A program made the position numbers and the translations under genes. A stretch of DNA of 64,000 nucleotides from Amoeboaphelidium protococcarum X5 (lineage: Eukaryota; Fungi; Aphelidiomycota): assembly GCA_023515725.1 (NCBI GenBank), contig JALDTO010000057.1, forward strand, positions 1-64,000. The letters run 5' to 3'. The notes below the pieces were generated by a model, which saw only the letters and a list, made by a program, of their open reading frames with translations, was not told the origin of the DNA and did no database searches. Below are positions 63,178 to 64,000 of the stretch, piece by piece (position 1 is the stretch's first letter; each line of letters starts with the position of its first letter).

Positions 63178-64000
63178 ATGTCGGCAGTCTAAATATAACC
63201 TTCCGTCTCTAATGCTGTTGTGCTGGCCGCGGCTCTCGGTGATGAGCTCGATCAGCCAATGATGCATCAGTATCATCAAATCAAAGATTTCGCTCGAGAT
63301 ACTCATAAATAGACTTTTGATACTGCGGCGGTTGTTGTCGATAAAGCTGGACTACCAGACTTGAGTAGTAGTAATAGTAATAGCGTCGGAGACTGTCTGG
63401 CGGATAAGATGCGCATTAATCCTGGAGCAGTCAATGGGGAATCACGCATAACTGAGGAAATGATCTCGCTCATACACGTAACCACTCAATCTGTCATTCC
63501 AATCTAACATGGCTCGTAATCCCCTCTCAAGCGCGTCCCTCTCCTCAAAGAATATATCAAAGATTTGCTCTTAAAGTCTGGCATTACCTCGAAATTGATT
63601 GGCGTTATCTATATCTACTTATGTAAAGTCAAGGCTGCTCTTCCTCTCACCGCCAAAGGTCTTCCCTGCACTCCTCATCGTCTATTCACTGCAGCTCTTG
63701 TACTTGCGTGGAAGTTCACTTCTGATCATGGAATTAAGAATCTGCACTGGTCCCGGGTATCTGGTATATTTTGTGTCTCTGAGATCAATCTGATTGAAAG
63801 ACAATTTCTATCATTGCTGCAGTATCGTCTCTCTGTCTCTGATGGTGAATACTACGATTACTTGTCCCAATTGGATCGATACAATGACGCATTACGTGGA
63901 TCTTTCAAGTCTCTACCTTTGTCTGCAATGCTTCTCGCTTCATCCAGCCGTGAAGACCAGAGTATGAGTGATAATGTGTCCGTTGTGTCGTCAGAGTCTT
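63178..64000 (+). CDS. Pho85-type cyclin, Pcl1/2 subfamily (runs off the window)
   Basis: LPLTAKGLPCTPHRLFTAALVLAWKFTSD...KNLHWSRVSGIFCVSEINLIERQFLSLLQYRL. Confidence 0.88.

Noticed and set aside
1-64000. Most supplied ORF-track entries, and the reading that the genes are stop-riddled pseudogenes
   Set aside because: The track uses TAA/TAG as stops and allows non-ATG starts. Fragments join into full genes under table 6, and many listed ORFs are antisense or off-frame shadows (e.g. 1441-2256, 10835-11290, 10903-11340, 53667-54371, 60095-60754).
1-64000. Ciliate origin suggested by the genetic code
   Set aside because: Fungal-type genes (Pcl cyclin, Msb2-like, Opy1-like, fungal-style ARO2 and PTPA) and moderate GC content argue for a fungus-related opisthokont.

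Overview
This is a compact, intron-poor eukaryotic genomic window read with a non-standard nuclear code: TAA and TAG encode Gln and TGA is the only stop (translation table 6). The supplied ORF track therefore fragments almost every gene. Fungal-type gene content (chorismate synthase, Pcl-type cyclin, Opy1-like PH protein, Msb2-like mucin, GLELO-like elongase) combined with this code points by inference to an aphelid such as Amoeboaphelidium protococcarum, an intracellular parasitoid of algae. Positions 1-44 kb are mostly housekeeping genes: Rap1, PTPA, PH protein, SH3-PX-BAR nexin, a 40-Cys metallothionein, dynactin p62, elongase, ARO2, Med15-like, EB1, NME6-like, UTP20, LAT permease and GT61. 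Two transposon/pseudogene islands interrupt them at about 13-18 kb and 36-37.5 kb. Positions 44-63 kb form an accessory region. It holds an intact Crypton-like tyrosine recombinase and three tandem, highly diverged secreted paralogues that share an N-terminal DFYD[TY][LF]G motif and a Lys-rich NLS-like patch. These three are the best candidate for an undescribed effector system. The region also has a GPI-anchored GGYG-repeat protein, a telobox-Myb gene, a secreted protein resembling bacterial pre-toxin helices, and two 5'-truncated genes fused head-to-head. All translations were done by hand and no database search was run.
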